DNA of 63,959 nt, counting the filler, from Globobulimina sp. (Eukaryota): assembly GCA_003354225.1 (NCBI GenBank). It is 26 parts of 26 records of this genome, joined end to end, with 100 filler letters (N's around TTAATTAATTAA, not from the genome) between each part and the next. Parts side by side here need not be neighbours in the genome. Positions count along the whole stretch, not along the records: positions 1 to 2,365 come from PIVH01007121.1; positions 2,466 to 4,830 come from PIVH01007122.1; positions 4,931 to 7,295 come from PIVH01007123.1; positions 7,396 to 9,760 come from PIVH01007124.1; positions 9,861 to 12,225 come from PIVH01007125.1; 21 more parts are not named here. One strand, 5' to 3'. Under the pieces are notes generated by a model. The model was not told where the DNA came from. It did no database searches and saw only the letters and a program-made list of their open reading frames with translations. The stretch's first letter is position 1. The number at the start of each line of letters is the position of its first letter. A program made the position numbers and the translations under genes. Below are positions 1 to 11,407 of this stretch, piece after piece.

Positions 1-510
1 ATTAGAATATGAGACCAATTGAAATAACAAATATATGGAATGGAATAAATGCCAATACATAGGTATAATATGTATATGTATTTCTTTTTAAACGCAAATA
101 TTGTGTCACAATATACGACTTGAATGCGTCTCACAAATATTATAAATATTATGGTTCGTGTTAACTGGAATAATGTCAAACTGCTTGTGCCGATTAATTT
201 GCATTGATTTTTATAGAAAGGAACTATGAATCTGAATAACAGGAAAATCATATAAATCAACATTAAAAATATATCAACATAAATCAATATGAGCAAATCA
301 ATGGATGTGTTATCATCTGCTGCTTCACCTGGCTTACGATGAAATTTTAATACTGCTTTTTTTGTGAGATCATAAGTTAAAACAATTACAAAAACAGACA
401 CGATAAAAAATCCAATTAATCCGTAAATAATAACAGGTGATTCAAAATGTTCTAGAATATTCTCTGTCATTGTGGCGCCAAAAACTTGTAAACACAGTCT
501 AGTCTAAAAA

Positions 511-1150
511 ATGGACACCAAATTAGATGATGAGCCAGAGCCAGATATGGAACAACCAGTGGAGAGATATGAGAATAAAGTTGAAGAAATGAATTCCATT
601 GCTTTAATATCAGCATTGGTATTTGGATTTTCTGTGACGGTGTGGGTCGAGTTTAGTCAGGCACTATTTGTAAATATGAGCCCTTTGTTAGCATATTTAT
701 TTGCCATATCTGCATTAACTGCTATTGTATCATCCGCATTATCCGCAGTGACGGCGATATCAATTGCTGTGGCTCTTCGACGTTTAATGTTTAAATATGG
801 AAAGGAAACAAATGCTAAAAGTTTAAGAGTGTTTAAGCGAAACACGCATCGCTTAAGAAATTATGTAAAATATTTTGTTTACGCTTCGTATTTGAGTTTA
901 TTTATTGCTTTGGCTGTTTATTGTATGTTTCTGCGTTTTATATATCATATGTTTTCGCTGCAAATTGTAAATGTACACATATGCCTATTCAGCTCATGTT
1001 AAATGGAAAAGTACTGATATTGGTAATTTTTTATTTATTGTATGTTATATTATTCTCTTTGCTGGATTGGTATTGATGGTGGGACTTCATATGAGAGTAA
1101 AATCTGCATACACCATATCGTTGGAAATGAAGAATAAATCAAGTGTCTGA
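511..1150 (+). CDS. Orai/CRAC-channel-like 4-TM protein (intron 923-992)
   Basis: TM1 SALVFGFSVTVWVE resembles Orai SALLSGFAMVAMVE, with the pore Glu kept. Removing the GT-AG intron 923-992 gives a TM3 end AVYSHVKW (Orai LLCWVKF) and a fourth TM ending in His; stop TGA at 1148-1150. Confidence 0.6.
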
Positions 1151-1240
1151 TTTTTTTGCTGTGGTTTTGTGAACAATTCCTTTATTTTGTTGTGCAAGGA
1201 TAAAAACAAAGTCAGTCGAAAATCCTTTTGATAATCATAT

Positions 1241-2278
1241 ATGGCTTCTACATACAGATCATTTTGCACCAGTGTTGGTGTAAACATTTCCATTACATCT
1301 AACAAAGCGATCACTGGATTTCCTTTGGTCCAATCACTACAAAAATATTTCGGTGGAATGAATGCATGTTTTCCAATCATAAACGACCAAACAATATATA
1401 AAAAATCACATATATCGTCGGTGTTTGTGTTGAGTCCTATAAACACCAACAAATATAAATGGTGTTATAATGTTAAAGGTATGGACGGTGGGCAATATAT
1501 TGCTAATTTTAATCCAATTGATGGGATAATATATGCATTGCATCAAACAATTTGTGATGGAATCTTGATTGGATCAAGAAATCTTGTGATGGCTCCACAC
1601 TTCAATTTTATGCCATATTTCTCGTCAACATTTGATCATATTATCCCATTTGAACCCAATTTATCCGATATCTTAGTCGATGAAAATAAATTACTCAAAG
1701 AAACAGGTTTTGTTGACAGGGATTTCCCGGCAGTTATTATAACGACACAGAGTGGAAAAGAAATAATCAATGATAATGGTAAATTGATGGATATTTTGGA
1801 TTGTAATGTATTTAAACATATTAATCCATTTACCAATAATTACAATGATGTCTATATCATAACAAGTATCAATGGAGCAGAGGAAATAAAAAAGCGATGG
1901 AATAAAAAGCATTTGTTGGATAGGGATAAAAGCATCGATGATATATTGATCATATTGCCAGACAATGACAAACCTGATACAATAAAAACTGCATTAATTG
2001 CAGATACGTTATATGAGCAACCCTATAATTTGAAATATATAACATGCGAAGGTGGTGTATTTTTAATGCAACGGTTGCTGGATTATGGTTTAACGCAACA
2101 GTTAAATTTTAGTTTAATGAGAGAGTGCATTACAAATAGAATAGATACGTCACGGTACAATGAAAATATATTTCAATGTATTGAGATGAAATGGAATCCA
2201 GTCATTAGTTTTAATTATAATGATCATGATTGTAGTTTTGTTGTGTTTGACCCAGACCCAAATTCAATTAAAATTTAA
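1241..2278 (+). CDS. RibD C-terminal/DHFR-fold reductase-like protein
   Basis: Intronless 345-aa ORF with motifs CDGILIGSRNL (RibD DAILVG..T) and ITCEGGVFLMQRLLDYGL (EGG..L...L..GL). No deaminase domain. Confidence 0.55.
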   Translation: MASTYRSFCTSVGVNISITSNKAITGFPLVQSLQKYFGGMNACFPIINDQTIYKKSHISSVFVLSPINTNKYKWCYNVKGMDGGQYIANFNPIDGIIYALHQTICDGILIGSRNLVMAPHFNFMPYFSSTFDHIIPFEPNLSDILVDENKLLKETGFVDRDFPAVIITTQSGKEIINDNGKLMDILDCNVFKHINPFTNNYNDVYIITSINGAEEIKKRWNKKHLLDRDKSIDDILIILPDNDKPDTIKTALIADTLYEQPYNLKYITCEGGVFLMQRLLDYGLTQQLNFSLMRECITNRIDTSRYNENIFQCIEMKWNPVISFNYNDHDCSFVVFDPDPNSIKI

Positions 2279-2365
2279 TACGTTTTTGCTTCATAATCGT
2301 TTCTAAAAATATTTCAAAGCTTATTGTTTTGCTATAAATATAGATTCCTATCACAGTTTAAAAAT

Positions 2366-2465
2366 NNNNNNNNNNNNNNNNNNNNNNNNNNNNNNNNNNN
2401 NNNNNNNNNTTAATTAATTAANNNNNNNNNNNNNNNNNNNNNNNNNNNNNNNNNNNNNNNNNNNN
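2366..2465. other. Artificial contig-joining spacer N44-TTAATTAATTAA-N44 (first of 25 copies)
   Basis: The same 100-nt spacer recurs about every 2.46 kb, has stops in all six frames, and separates contigs whose lengths fall monotonically from 2365 to 2361. Confidence 0.99.
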
Positions 2466-4813
2466 TGCTGCCTTTCTGTTTTATAATTGTGTGCGGTATA
2501 ATATTTCTCTTTGTGTGAATAAATAAGGAGTTACTTTTTTGCGTAGAATTAATCCGATTGTGGCCGGTATCTTGTTCTCCGTAGCTGTTTTTGTTATCTG
2601 CAATTGTGCCGGCTATATCATTGTCATTCGATTTACATATTATACTGCACTCATTCCAGGCAAATGTAGTCCATTTATACGTATATATCTCTGTTGAATA
2701 TAGACACAAATCGTTGACACACTGTGCTGCTGCATCTGATGCAGTTTTATTGCATGGTATGCCCTCCAACGGATTATCAATCGCTTGACATAACGAATTG
2801 TCATCTAAATTATATAGCAATCCAATACAAAATAAACTGTCACTACATTGAGTTTCCGGTACTTGCCAATTTGGTACATATCCACATTCATTATCCACAG
2901 TAGCTCTATGCCCGCGAGACATGCATTGATTGTCAATGGTTTTACATATACCATTATAACAATACCCTTCATACGGCGATACACCGCATACTGTACCTTC
3001 CAATGCAAATGTATCAGGCGGACATTGCGAGGATGCCCCATCACATATTTCCTGTTTTATATCGCATGATAAAGGGTCCTCGTTCAAATCACGACAAATA
3101 ACTCCTTCGTCCACAATCTTGCAATCATTGCAACATTCATCATCATTGCTACACTCTGCAAATGCAAATAAACCACACGTTGAACCATCACAACATTTAT
3201 CACCAGACAGGGTGCAATCTTCTTGTCCACAGTCACAACTTTCACCGTGTTCGACAAAGCCATTGCGACACACTGCAAACGCACTTGGCAATGGTTTATT
3301 ATTCAAGCATGAGAGTGCAGCGGCATTCCACGAAAAGAAGTTCTGACAGTAAGAGATAGAGCAAGTACTAAAGGAATGCGGACGTTTGGCTGAAGAACCT
3401 TTGGCAGCCATTATATACGTGGATGGATCACATGTGTTGCCCGTGGAATCGTGTTGCATTCCAAAGTTGTGTCCCAATTCATGCGCTATTATATTCCCAT
3501 TATATTCATCGTCATAAGTGACTTGATCAATGCCGCCAGAAGTTAATGACGAGCACATTCCAGATATGGACGCGTATCCAATCACAGAATCTAAAAAGTC
3601 AAAGTAACTCAATAAGTGTGCTGCGTCATAGTCAGCAAATGCAATTCTTCGATAACTATGCCATGATTCTAAGTAAGATTCGTAATCAATTTCGCAATAT
3701 GGCCCACTGTGCTCTTTTTGATATAAATTGGGTGAATCACCACCATTTACACAGGATAATGTCGGCAAGCTTAAGCCGCCAAAACTGGTGAATTGATCGA
3801 TGAAGCCAATGTTGCTGAGTACGATTTGAATGGTTCCAACATTTGAGCCCCAATCTGTGGAGAGATAAAATGATTGGACAGTGGCTATGCTTTGAATGGT
3901 TTTATGGGTCAATTCTTCATAATCATTGCCATATTCTTGAATGATACCGGGGTCGTTTACTGCTGCTAATTCTACGTAGCGTATGTTGTTTGTTAAGGTG
4001 TTTGGTATCGATGGTTGCAGTCTACGTTTACTCTGAAAACACATTATAATCGGAAATAAAAACGGATATAAATATATAAATAAGTAAATACAAACTGTAT
4101 TGAGCCTATTGTTGAATATATCGGTGATGTGGTTGTGGTTATGGCTATGACCACAGTCAAATACATAATCGCTTCTATCTAAGTCATTATATTTGTATAC
4201 AATATGTACATCATTTATTTTGTGTTTGTGTTTATATTTCGTATTTGTCAGTAATTGTTTTGGTCGAATTACAATGGTTTCGCCAAACGCATATATCCAT
4301 CCTTGCAGTCCTCGACCTCGACATACAGAGAATCGAGCATCTGTTATGCCTGACTCATCTGATACGATTCTATGTTTTTTGTGTTTTATATATATATATT
4401 TTAAAATATTTAATAATGATATTAATTAACTCGGCGGTGTAATGACATTGCGGCGGTGTATCAAATGATTGTATTTTATTCATAGTACGAGTGATATTGT
4501 TATATTTATGATGTTCAATAACAAAATTATCTGCAAATAGTTGGGTGTTTTTATGTATCAATAACTTATAATAATTCCCAAATGCATGGAATTCTATTTC
4601 CCCATTCATTGGATATATTGCATGTTTTCCATTGTCAATGTGATGAAATTGATTATGTTTAATAGTTATGCTTTCATAATATTTTAATCTATCAAATAAA
4701 TGCGCTGATTCTTTTCTGAAATCATGAGATGACTCATATAAATTAAACCAAGTGCTCAATTGCAAAATAGATTTGATATATAATATTGATAATAGAGTGT
4801 AGACGGATGACAT
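2466..4813 (-). CDS. ADAM-type (M12B reprolysin) zinc metalloprotease with disintegrin and Cys-rich domains, 3' end incomplete
   Basis: Hydrophobic N-terminus, prodomain with DCGH Cys-switch-like motif, KRR cleavage site, HELGHNFGMQHD zinc motif, Met-turn YIMA, disintegrin CRNGFVEHGESCDCG...CD..E.CDG.S..CP. Introns 4370-4430 and 4033-4095 restore the frame. Confidence 0.9.
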
Positions 4814-4970
4814 GCAAACAGTCAATGTCTNNNNNNNNNNNNNNNNNNNNNNNNNNNNNNNNNNNNNNNNNNNNTTAATTAATTAANNNNNNNNNNNNNN
4901 NNNNNNNNNNNNNNNNNNNNNNNNNNNNNNTAAAAAAGCCAAAAACTCGTTGGGTTCGCATTTTCATGCA

Positions 4971-7016
4971 ATGTCCTCGTTTGATGATGAATCAGTAATT
5001 TTTTCTGGTTTCCTGCAAAAGAAATCCAAATATTTGAATAAACAGCGAAAAAGATGGATGGTGCTTACCACGGATTATTTATATTCATATAAAAATAAAA
5101 ATGATTATGACGAACCAACAGAAACGTTTGATTTAATGGTGTATGATAAAATAGATTATGAGCCTAATATTAACAATACAGAATTCAATTTGGTGTCCTC
5201 CAAAACAAAGGACAAACGTCTGTTAATCGCTGAAACACACTCTCGAATGTTACAATGGATCACAAATATTAAAAGACAGTACACGGATTATATCATAGTG
5301 CCCATCACCGAAACCTCTCGCAAATTTAAACCACTTTCCGTGCGGATATTATATTCAAAATCTGTGCCAATAAATGATTTATTGGCCAAAACAATAAAAA
5401 AAATAAATCAAACCTTATATCCCAAAATATATTATATTGAAGAGATTGCAGCAAAATCATTCATCGCAGAAAGCGATTCAATTTATGAATATCAACGCGA
5501 TAAATGGAATGCAATATGTTCCCGATCAGTGACAGAGTTCAAGCAAGACTTCATAAAAGAAGCTGGGTTAACCCTTGGCATTGAAAATAAGTTCACGCAC
5601 AAAACATGTGACAATGATATAACTTGCAAATACATCAAATGGCATACCCACGACACCAAAACCAATGGCGACGATGATGAAGAAAAAAAAATCAGCAAAG
5701 ATGAGTTAACGCCTTCCTATAATCCGTTGAATTGCCCTATTTATGAAGCACTGAAAATTCATATGAAATATACTGAGAAAAACCTGCGGCATATACTCAA
5801 ATTTGAGCATTTCATAGATCAATATAGGGATAAATCGGCTTGTAAGGACTTTGCAGATTGCAAATCATTCATTCAATTCAAAAATGATCCCAGTTTTATT
5901 GACATCGAAGATAAATGTCATATGCAAATATATCGGCATCCAGCACGCAATGATCGACTGATTAAATTGTCGCAAAATATCAGCGAATTGATCGCGAATA
6001 CTTCCATTTGGAATACAAAATATGAACAAAACCATCCATTACTTGAAAAACATAGCGAACAATGGGCCAAAAAAGAGGGCTATTTACAAGAGTTAATCGC
6101 AGAAGTAATAGAAAATGGGTTTCGATATGATTTGTGTTTGAAATGTACCGTAACTGATATCTGTCGCCATTCTGACTATTCAGTATTAAATATTGTTGAT
6201 GCAAAAATCAAAGACATTCGACACAAACAAATGGGTAAACCCTTGAATCGGTCACAAATGTTAGCGTTAGTTTTATACACTCGATGCAGTGATTGTACTT
6301 ATGACTTATGTCAAACGCAAAGAAATGGAGACTATGCTAAATGGAAATGGTTCGATTGTTGTTTGTATTCGGCGATATTCGCACTCAATGCCCACGAGAG
6401 AGGGTCATATAAATTGTATTCCGCATTGAGTTATATCAAATTACAGAAAAAGGAAATATTAAATGCGTATTTGTCAACATATGTTTCGTGTTCGTGGATT
6501 AAGAACGTTGTGTTGGGAGTTTTGAGTGAAGAGGAAGGCAATGGAATGGTTATTGAAATTGATAAGAGAGTTCGAGAAAGGTTTGAATGTTGTGATGTTT
6601 CGTGGATTTCACAGTTTCCAAATGAATGTGAAGTATTACTGTCGCGCTCAATTGAATTTGGAGGAGGTACGTTTGATTCAGCAATATTGGAGGAACAGAA
6701 CGATATACAAACCATATTATTGACATATAATCAATTTAATGTAATGATTGATACCGTTTCAAGCGATGAGGTAGAATATGATAATGAGGATGGCGGAATT
6801 GATTATGATATAAATGAGGATGGAGCACATGAAGTTAGTTTGTGGTTAAAGTCGTTTGATTTTGAAAAATATTTCAATATATTTATTCAAAATGGATTCG
6901 ATTCGATGAAGCTTGTAACAGAAATTAATGACAAAAATGACCTCAATGATATTGGAATCACACTAAAAGCGCATCAGATCACACTCATGAATCGAATCAA
7001 TGAATTAAAAACTTAA
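4971..7016 (+). CDS. PH domain + ADP-ribosyltransferase-like domain + SAM domain protein
   Basis: PH: SGFLQKKSKYL..RKRWMVL...W. ART-like: LYT...LYSAL...TYVSCSW...DVSWISQFPNECEVLL. SAM: EVSLWLKSFDFEKYFNIFIQNGFDS...DLNDIGITLKAHQ. Confidence 0.75.
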   Translation: MSSFDDESVIFSGFLQKKSKYLNKQRKRWMVLTTDYLYSYKNKNDYDEPTETFDLMVYDKIDYEPNINNTEFNLVSSKTKDKRLLIAETHSRMLQWITNIKRQYTDYIIVPITETSRKFKPLSVRILYSKSVPINDLLAKTIKKINQTLYPKIYYIEEIAAKSFIAESDSIYEYQRDKWNAICSRSVTEFKQDFIKEAGLTLGIENKFTHKTCDNDITCKYIKWHTHDTKTNGDDDEEKKISKDELTPSYNPLNCPIYEALKIHMKYTEKNLRHILKFEHFIDQYRDKSACKDFADCKSFIQFKNDPSFIDIEDKCHMQIYRHPARNDRLIKLSQNISELIANTSIWNTKYEQNHPLLEKHSEQWAKKEGYLQELIAEVIENGFRYDLCLKCTVTDICRHSDYSVLNIVDAKIKDIRHKQMGKPLNRSQMLALVLYTRCSDCTYDLCQTQRNGDYAKWKWFDCCLYSAIFALNAHERGSYKLYSALSYIKLQKKEILNAYLSTYVSCSWIKNVVLGVLSEEEGNGMVIEIDKRVRERFECCDVSWISQFPNECEVLLSRSIEFGGGTFDSAILEEQNDIQTILLTYNQFNVMIDTVSSDEVEYDNEDGGIDYDINEDGAHEVSLWLKSFDFEKYFNIFIQNGFDSMKLVTEINDKNDLNDIGITLKAHQITLMNRINELKT

Positions 7017-7395
7017 GCAATGTTTAACTGTGTATATAGTATGAATCCATACAGCTTCCATTATATAGTATCATTCCATGAGATTAAAAAATCTATTTTT
7101 TTTATCAAGTGGATAGAATTCTTAATTCGAAAAATATGTCGTTTCACCCGCGCCATTAAATCATGTTTTACAACTTTCAAAAACTGGTGACTTTTGATAA
7201 TGGCTCCGTAAATAGGTACCAACCGTTGTGTCAAGCAACAGAAATAGAACTAGAAATCAACTGCATATTATCAAAAGAACCAAAACATACTCCAANNNNN
7301 NNNNNNNNNNNNNNNNNNNNNNNNNNNNNNNNNNNNNNNTTAATTAATTAANNNNNNNNNNNNNNNNNNNNNNNNNNNNNNNNNNNNNNNNNNNN

Positions 7396-7871
7396 CCGCC
7401 GGTTCACGCTTTCGTTTACGAGAAGGAAAGATTTTAAAACTTATTCGGAAGTTATTTATATTGGGCTCCATTTCTATCCTTTCAACTTTTATTTTTTATA
7501 CATTTGCTATTCCATTTTACGGCAATTTAACATTTTTGTTGCCTGTCGATTGCTGCATTAATAGTTTGTGTACGGTGTTGTTGCTGAGTTCGAGTGGTGG
7601 AGCATATAATATATTATGTTTTGGATGCGAGCGGTGTTTGTCATTGGCGATGGAACCAAAACAAAACATAGTGATCGTACAAATGATGGTGAAGGAATTG
7701 GTTTGTACGCATAACGACGTACTTTCAAAGAGTGATAATGAAGAAACAATGACTGTGGATGTTGGTGAAAAAAAGGGAAATCAATCAATTGTCTCTGTGG
7801 AGTCCATGTCTGAACCATATGATGTAATGTCTTTGGCTGATTCTAGAAAAACTCGTTCTGCCTTCATTTAA
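7396..7871 (+). CDS. 3' fragment of an orphan 7TM/GPCR-like membrane protein
   Basis: Two hydrophobic helices, a TM7-like PVDCCINSLC, a Cys-containing tail; open to the contig edge. Confidence 0.4.
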
Positions 7872-8062
7872 TGTGCGGATCTGCATATTTCTATTTAGTG
7901 TGTTGCGTGAAAAAAATTATATAATATATAATTTAATATAAAAATTGTTACCTGTTTTTTCCTTTTTTCTGCTGATTCAATACGTTTCTAAAACCAGTAG
8001 CAAATAAATCCGCGCATTCAATTTTTTCTTCAAGAAGTTCAGTCTGGCTAAGCACTCAGAAA

Positions 8063-8108
8063 TATTCAATTATACTTTTTATACAGAAACGGTCTGCTAT
8101 AGCTTTGT
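8063..8108. repeat. Dispersed ~46-bp repeat, copy 1 (reverse complement of 27758-27803)
   Basis: 43 of 46 positions match the reverse complement of 27758-27803 on a different contig (manual alignment). Confidence 0.85.
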
Positions 8109-8262
8109 TAATAAAACCCACCATGTATACCATTATCTCGGTTCACGTTTGTTGGAAACGTAAGAGAAATATTCGGTATACAAGGAGGTATCTATCTGAA
8201 TATATCGGTAAGAAAAATGAAGGGAAAACCAAAGATTTACGGCCTCTTTAAGAAAAGTGATC

Positions 8263-8679
8263 ATGACCGCGTTACTAGTTTTTCTTTTTGGATGTGTAAT
8301 ACTGTCATCAGTTGAAGCCCACATTGAAGCCGAACAACCTGAAATCGAGCAAGGATGGATTTACACGATGATCACAACTGCCTGGATTGGATTTATTCTT
8401 CATTTGTTAATCATTTTTATCTCAATTTGGCAAACAAACGTAAAAAAGATCTCGAAAAAAAAGAAACAACCAAAATTCCAAATGATATTAAACTTTGCCA
8501 TATGGATTTGTAATTTGATTGCTTGTATGCAATGGGCGACATTAAGAACTTCGTTATTTTTTCATCTCTCAATACAAAAATGTACAATCATTTACATGTC
8601 AAATTATTTATTTTATATGGTGGGCAAATTAGCTTTGCATATTTTACTATTATTTCGCTTATATTTTGTAGTTAAGTAA
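8263..8679 (+). CDS. 5' part of a signal-peptide multi-TM (7TM-like) protein, apparently interrupted
   Basis: Signal-like N-terminus and three TM helices ending LLFRLY (TM3-like). Ends at a GTTAAG donor-like site with no recognisable downstream exon. Confidence 0.4.
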   Translation: MTALLVFLFGCVILSSVEAHIEAEQPEIEQGWIYTMITTAWIGFILHLLIIFISIWQTNVKKISKKKKQPKFQMILNFAIWICNLIACMQWATLRTSLFFHLSIQKCTIIYMSNYLFYMVGKLALHILLLFRLYFVVK

Positions 8680-8939
8680 CTTTAATAATTATCCAAAAAG
8701 GGAAAAAACATAACAAATCAAGTCAAATAAGGGGGTGTAAATTGATCAGGTTCTTATGATCAACCTTTTTGATGTTTTTTTTCAAATAAAATGAAAAATA
8801 ACAACCTAATTATTTCAAATATTATCGAAAAAAATGAAAAAAATGAAAAAAAACAACCTAATTTTTCTAAAACTTTTTTGTTTTTTTTTTCGAGGCAAAA
8901 ACATTAAATATATAAACTAAAAACAAATATTGCCAAATA

Positions 8940-9580
8940 TTAAACAAATTGATATTGACCATCGATGAGAATCATATCGATATCGACTGATTCAGATGAA
9001 TCCGTTGAATCAGCATCAGATTGAGAGTCTGAACCAGTGTCAGATTGAGTTGAATCTGAATCAGAGTGTGTTGAATCTGAATCAGAATCCACTTTTCTTT
9101 CATTTTGCGCTCTTATTTGAGCTCTTCTAACTATCTTCTTTTCTTTATCTATTTTTTCTTTATTTAATCGTTTTTGAATCAAAATAATAACTGCTTTAAT
9201 TGTAGCAATGTCCTCTGTGTCTGTTTCATCTGCGATGTCCTCCAAAATACTCCTAAACCGACCTATTTCCAATGAATCCTTAATTTCTTGATTTGTTTTT
9301 GATGTATCAATACTTGTAATTATTTGTGAATGTCTCTGTATCCACAACCAATCCTGTTTTAATTCCTCAATTATTTTATTATCAATTATTTTATGAACTG
9401 CATTTGCAGTTTGTTTTCCTTTTAATTTGCGTATCCAAAATGATTCCAATGATGACAACCGCGCCGGATTGCTTTCATAAAATCTTTGTATGATATCTTT
9501 GGTTTTTGCAGTAAAATTAGGCGATCGCCATTGCAAAATAAGTGTTGGATTTATATGTTGAATGCGGCTTAAATCGTTTC
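8940..9580 (-). CDS. Hypothetical protein fragment, possible GIY-YIG nuclease C-terminal motif, Ser/Asp-rich tail
   Basis: About 200 open codons; RLSSLESFWIRKL......N resembles the E.FWI..L......N end of GIY-YIG domains. The N-terminal GIY/YIG motifs are not present. Confidence 0.3.
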
Positions 9581-9860
9581 TGTATGAAAACGATATATTT
9601 TGTAAGAAAAGAAAGCCAAAGAAAAAAAAAGAAAGTCAAAGGGATTTAGTATCATTTTGGAAGAAAAGAAAGCGACACGAAAATATTGATATTGTTATTG
9701 ATGCCTCACCGCCAAAAAAGAAGAAACGAAAAATGTCTGCTATGACATTAACAGTGAATGNNNNNNNNNNNNNNNNNNNNNNNNNNNNNNNNNNNNNNNN
9801 NNNNTTAATTAATTAANNNNNNNNNNNNNNNNNNNNNNNNNNNNNNNNNNNNNNNNNNNN

Positions 9861-11169
9861 AATAATATTGAACTCGACGATGAATTATTAAAATTATTCT
9901 CAATCGGTAGGATAAATAATATGCCATATTTACTATCAATGATCCATAATATTTATAATCTATCACAAATTCAACATATTTTTATTGATGAAAATTATCT
10001 TTTTACTGAAACAATATGGATTGAAAAACAATCGCCATATTTTAGGAAATATAAACAATGCGAATTGATAAAAAATGCATTAAGAACGTATACAAAAAGA
10101 ATATGTCCAAATTCAATGTGTATCACATATAAAATAAATGATTTCTTAATGGATTATATTAAATATATATTGATTGTAAATAATGTTATTGCAAATATAC
10201 TCACTGCAAATAAGTATATTGTTCCATTACAAATTGATTTGTGTATTTTAGGAAGAAATTATCAAAATACAGAACAAAAAAGTGTGGATAATATGGACAG
10301 TAATTCAGACGATGATATGTTTGCATCACAATTAAGTGCAATGGCATCACAATTATTGAGGTTTGTTTTTGATTGTCAAAATCCGAAATTTTATGAAGAT
10401 AATTACATATTTTTAATATATAAAAGTTTCGGATTTTAACAATGCTGTTCATAGAAACGTTTTTTTGCACTGTTTTATAAGCGACAATGATATAAAATGT
10501 GAAACCGTTGAAATTAATTTAGAAACAATGCAACCGATACATATTAAGCGGAATATACAAAACACATTAATGACAGCATTGGCATCCAAAAGATTTCAAA
10601 GAATTTGTATATTGATTGATAGAACAAATGGTAAACAAACCAATGATTTAAAAACAGAAAAACATACAAGTGACAAATTATATATTTATAAAATACCGAT
10701 TTGGTCTGAAATAAATCATAATTATTGCTTTGAAACTTTGATTTGGAAAACAAAAAAAGCCATATTTCCAACACCAAACGATCTACGAAAGAAATTGCAG
10801 CTGAATAAATACATTGGAACGGACAGCAATTTGTTTGATAGAAAGTTTGTTGTTTCATATCATATAAATTCAGAGGTTGATATACAATGTATACAACATT
10901 TCGGACTGCATTCATTTGTATTGTTACCATTTCATTTAATAACAGTATTACCACATTATTTTAATGCGAATTATAATGAAATTGATAAGAAATATCAAAA
11001 GGTAGCACATGTTTATAACAATTGGGTGTTACCGATACATACAAAGCATCTCATGCAATGGATGTCATTCATTGACCCAAAATTATATCAAACCTTCATG
11101 CAAAAACACCAAAGATATATCCCCCAAAATAATACCTTGCCAAATCATACATCAGTAACATTTGATTAA
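9861..11169 (+). CDS. Hypothetical protein, 5'-partial, with an apparent frameshift near 10415-10440
   Basis: Two long ORFs in different frames overlap at 10417-10439 beside a T/A run. No recognisable domain. Confidence 0.3.
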
Positions 11170-11407
11170 AATTATACTGCTGTCTGTTATTATACAATCA
11201 CAAACATTCGATTATTCAGCAATCACTATGTGTCTCTACTATGGACGGCTTTTGTTTATAATTAATTAGAAAGAGTTTGTAGATATATGTGACATACTTT
11301 GCAAAAAAAACTTCACTCAACCTTTGCTCTCATCGTTACTATTGAGTATTGACATTCGTCCATAACTTAAGCTTTCGATCGCGTGTTAAAAATACAATAA
11401 ATACACA

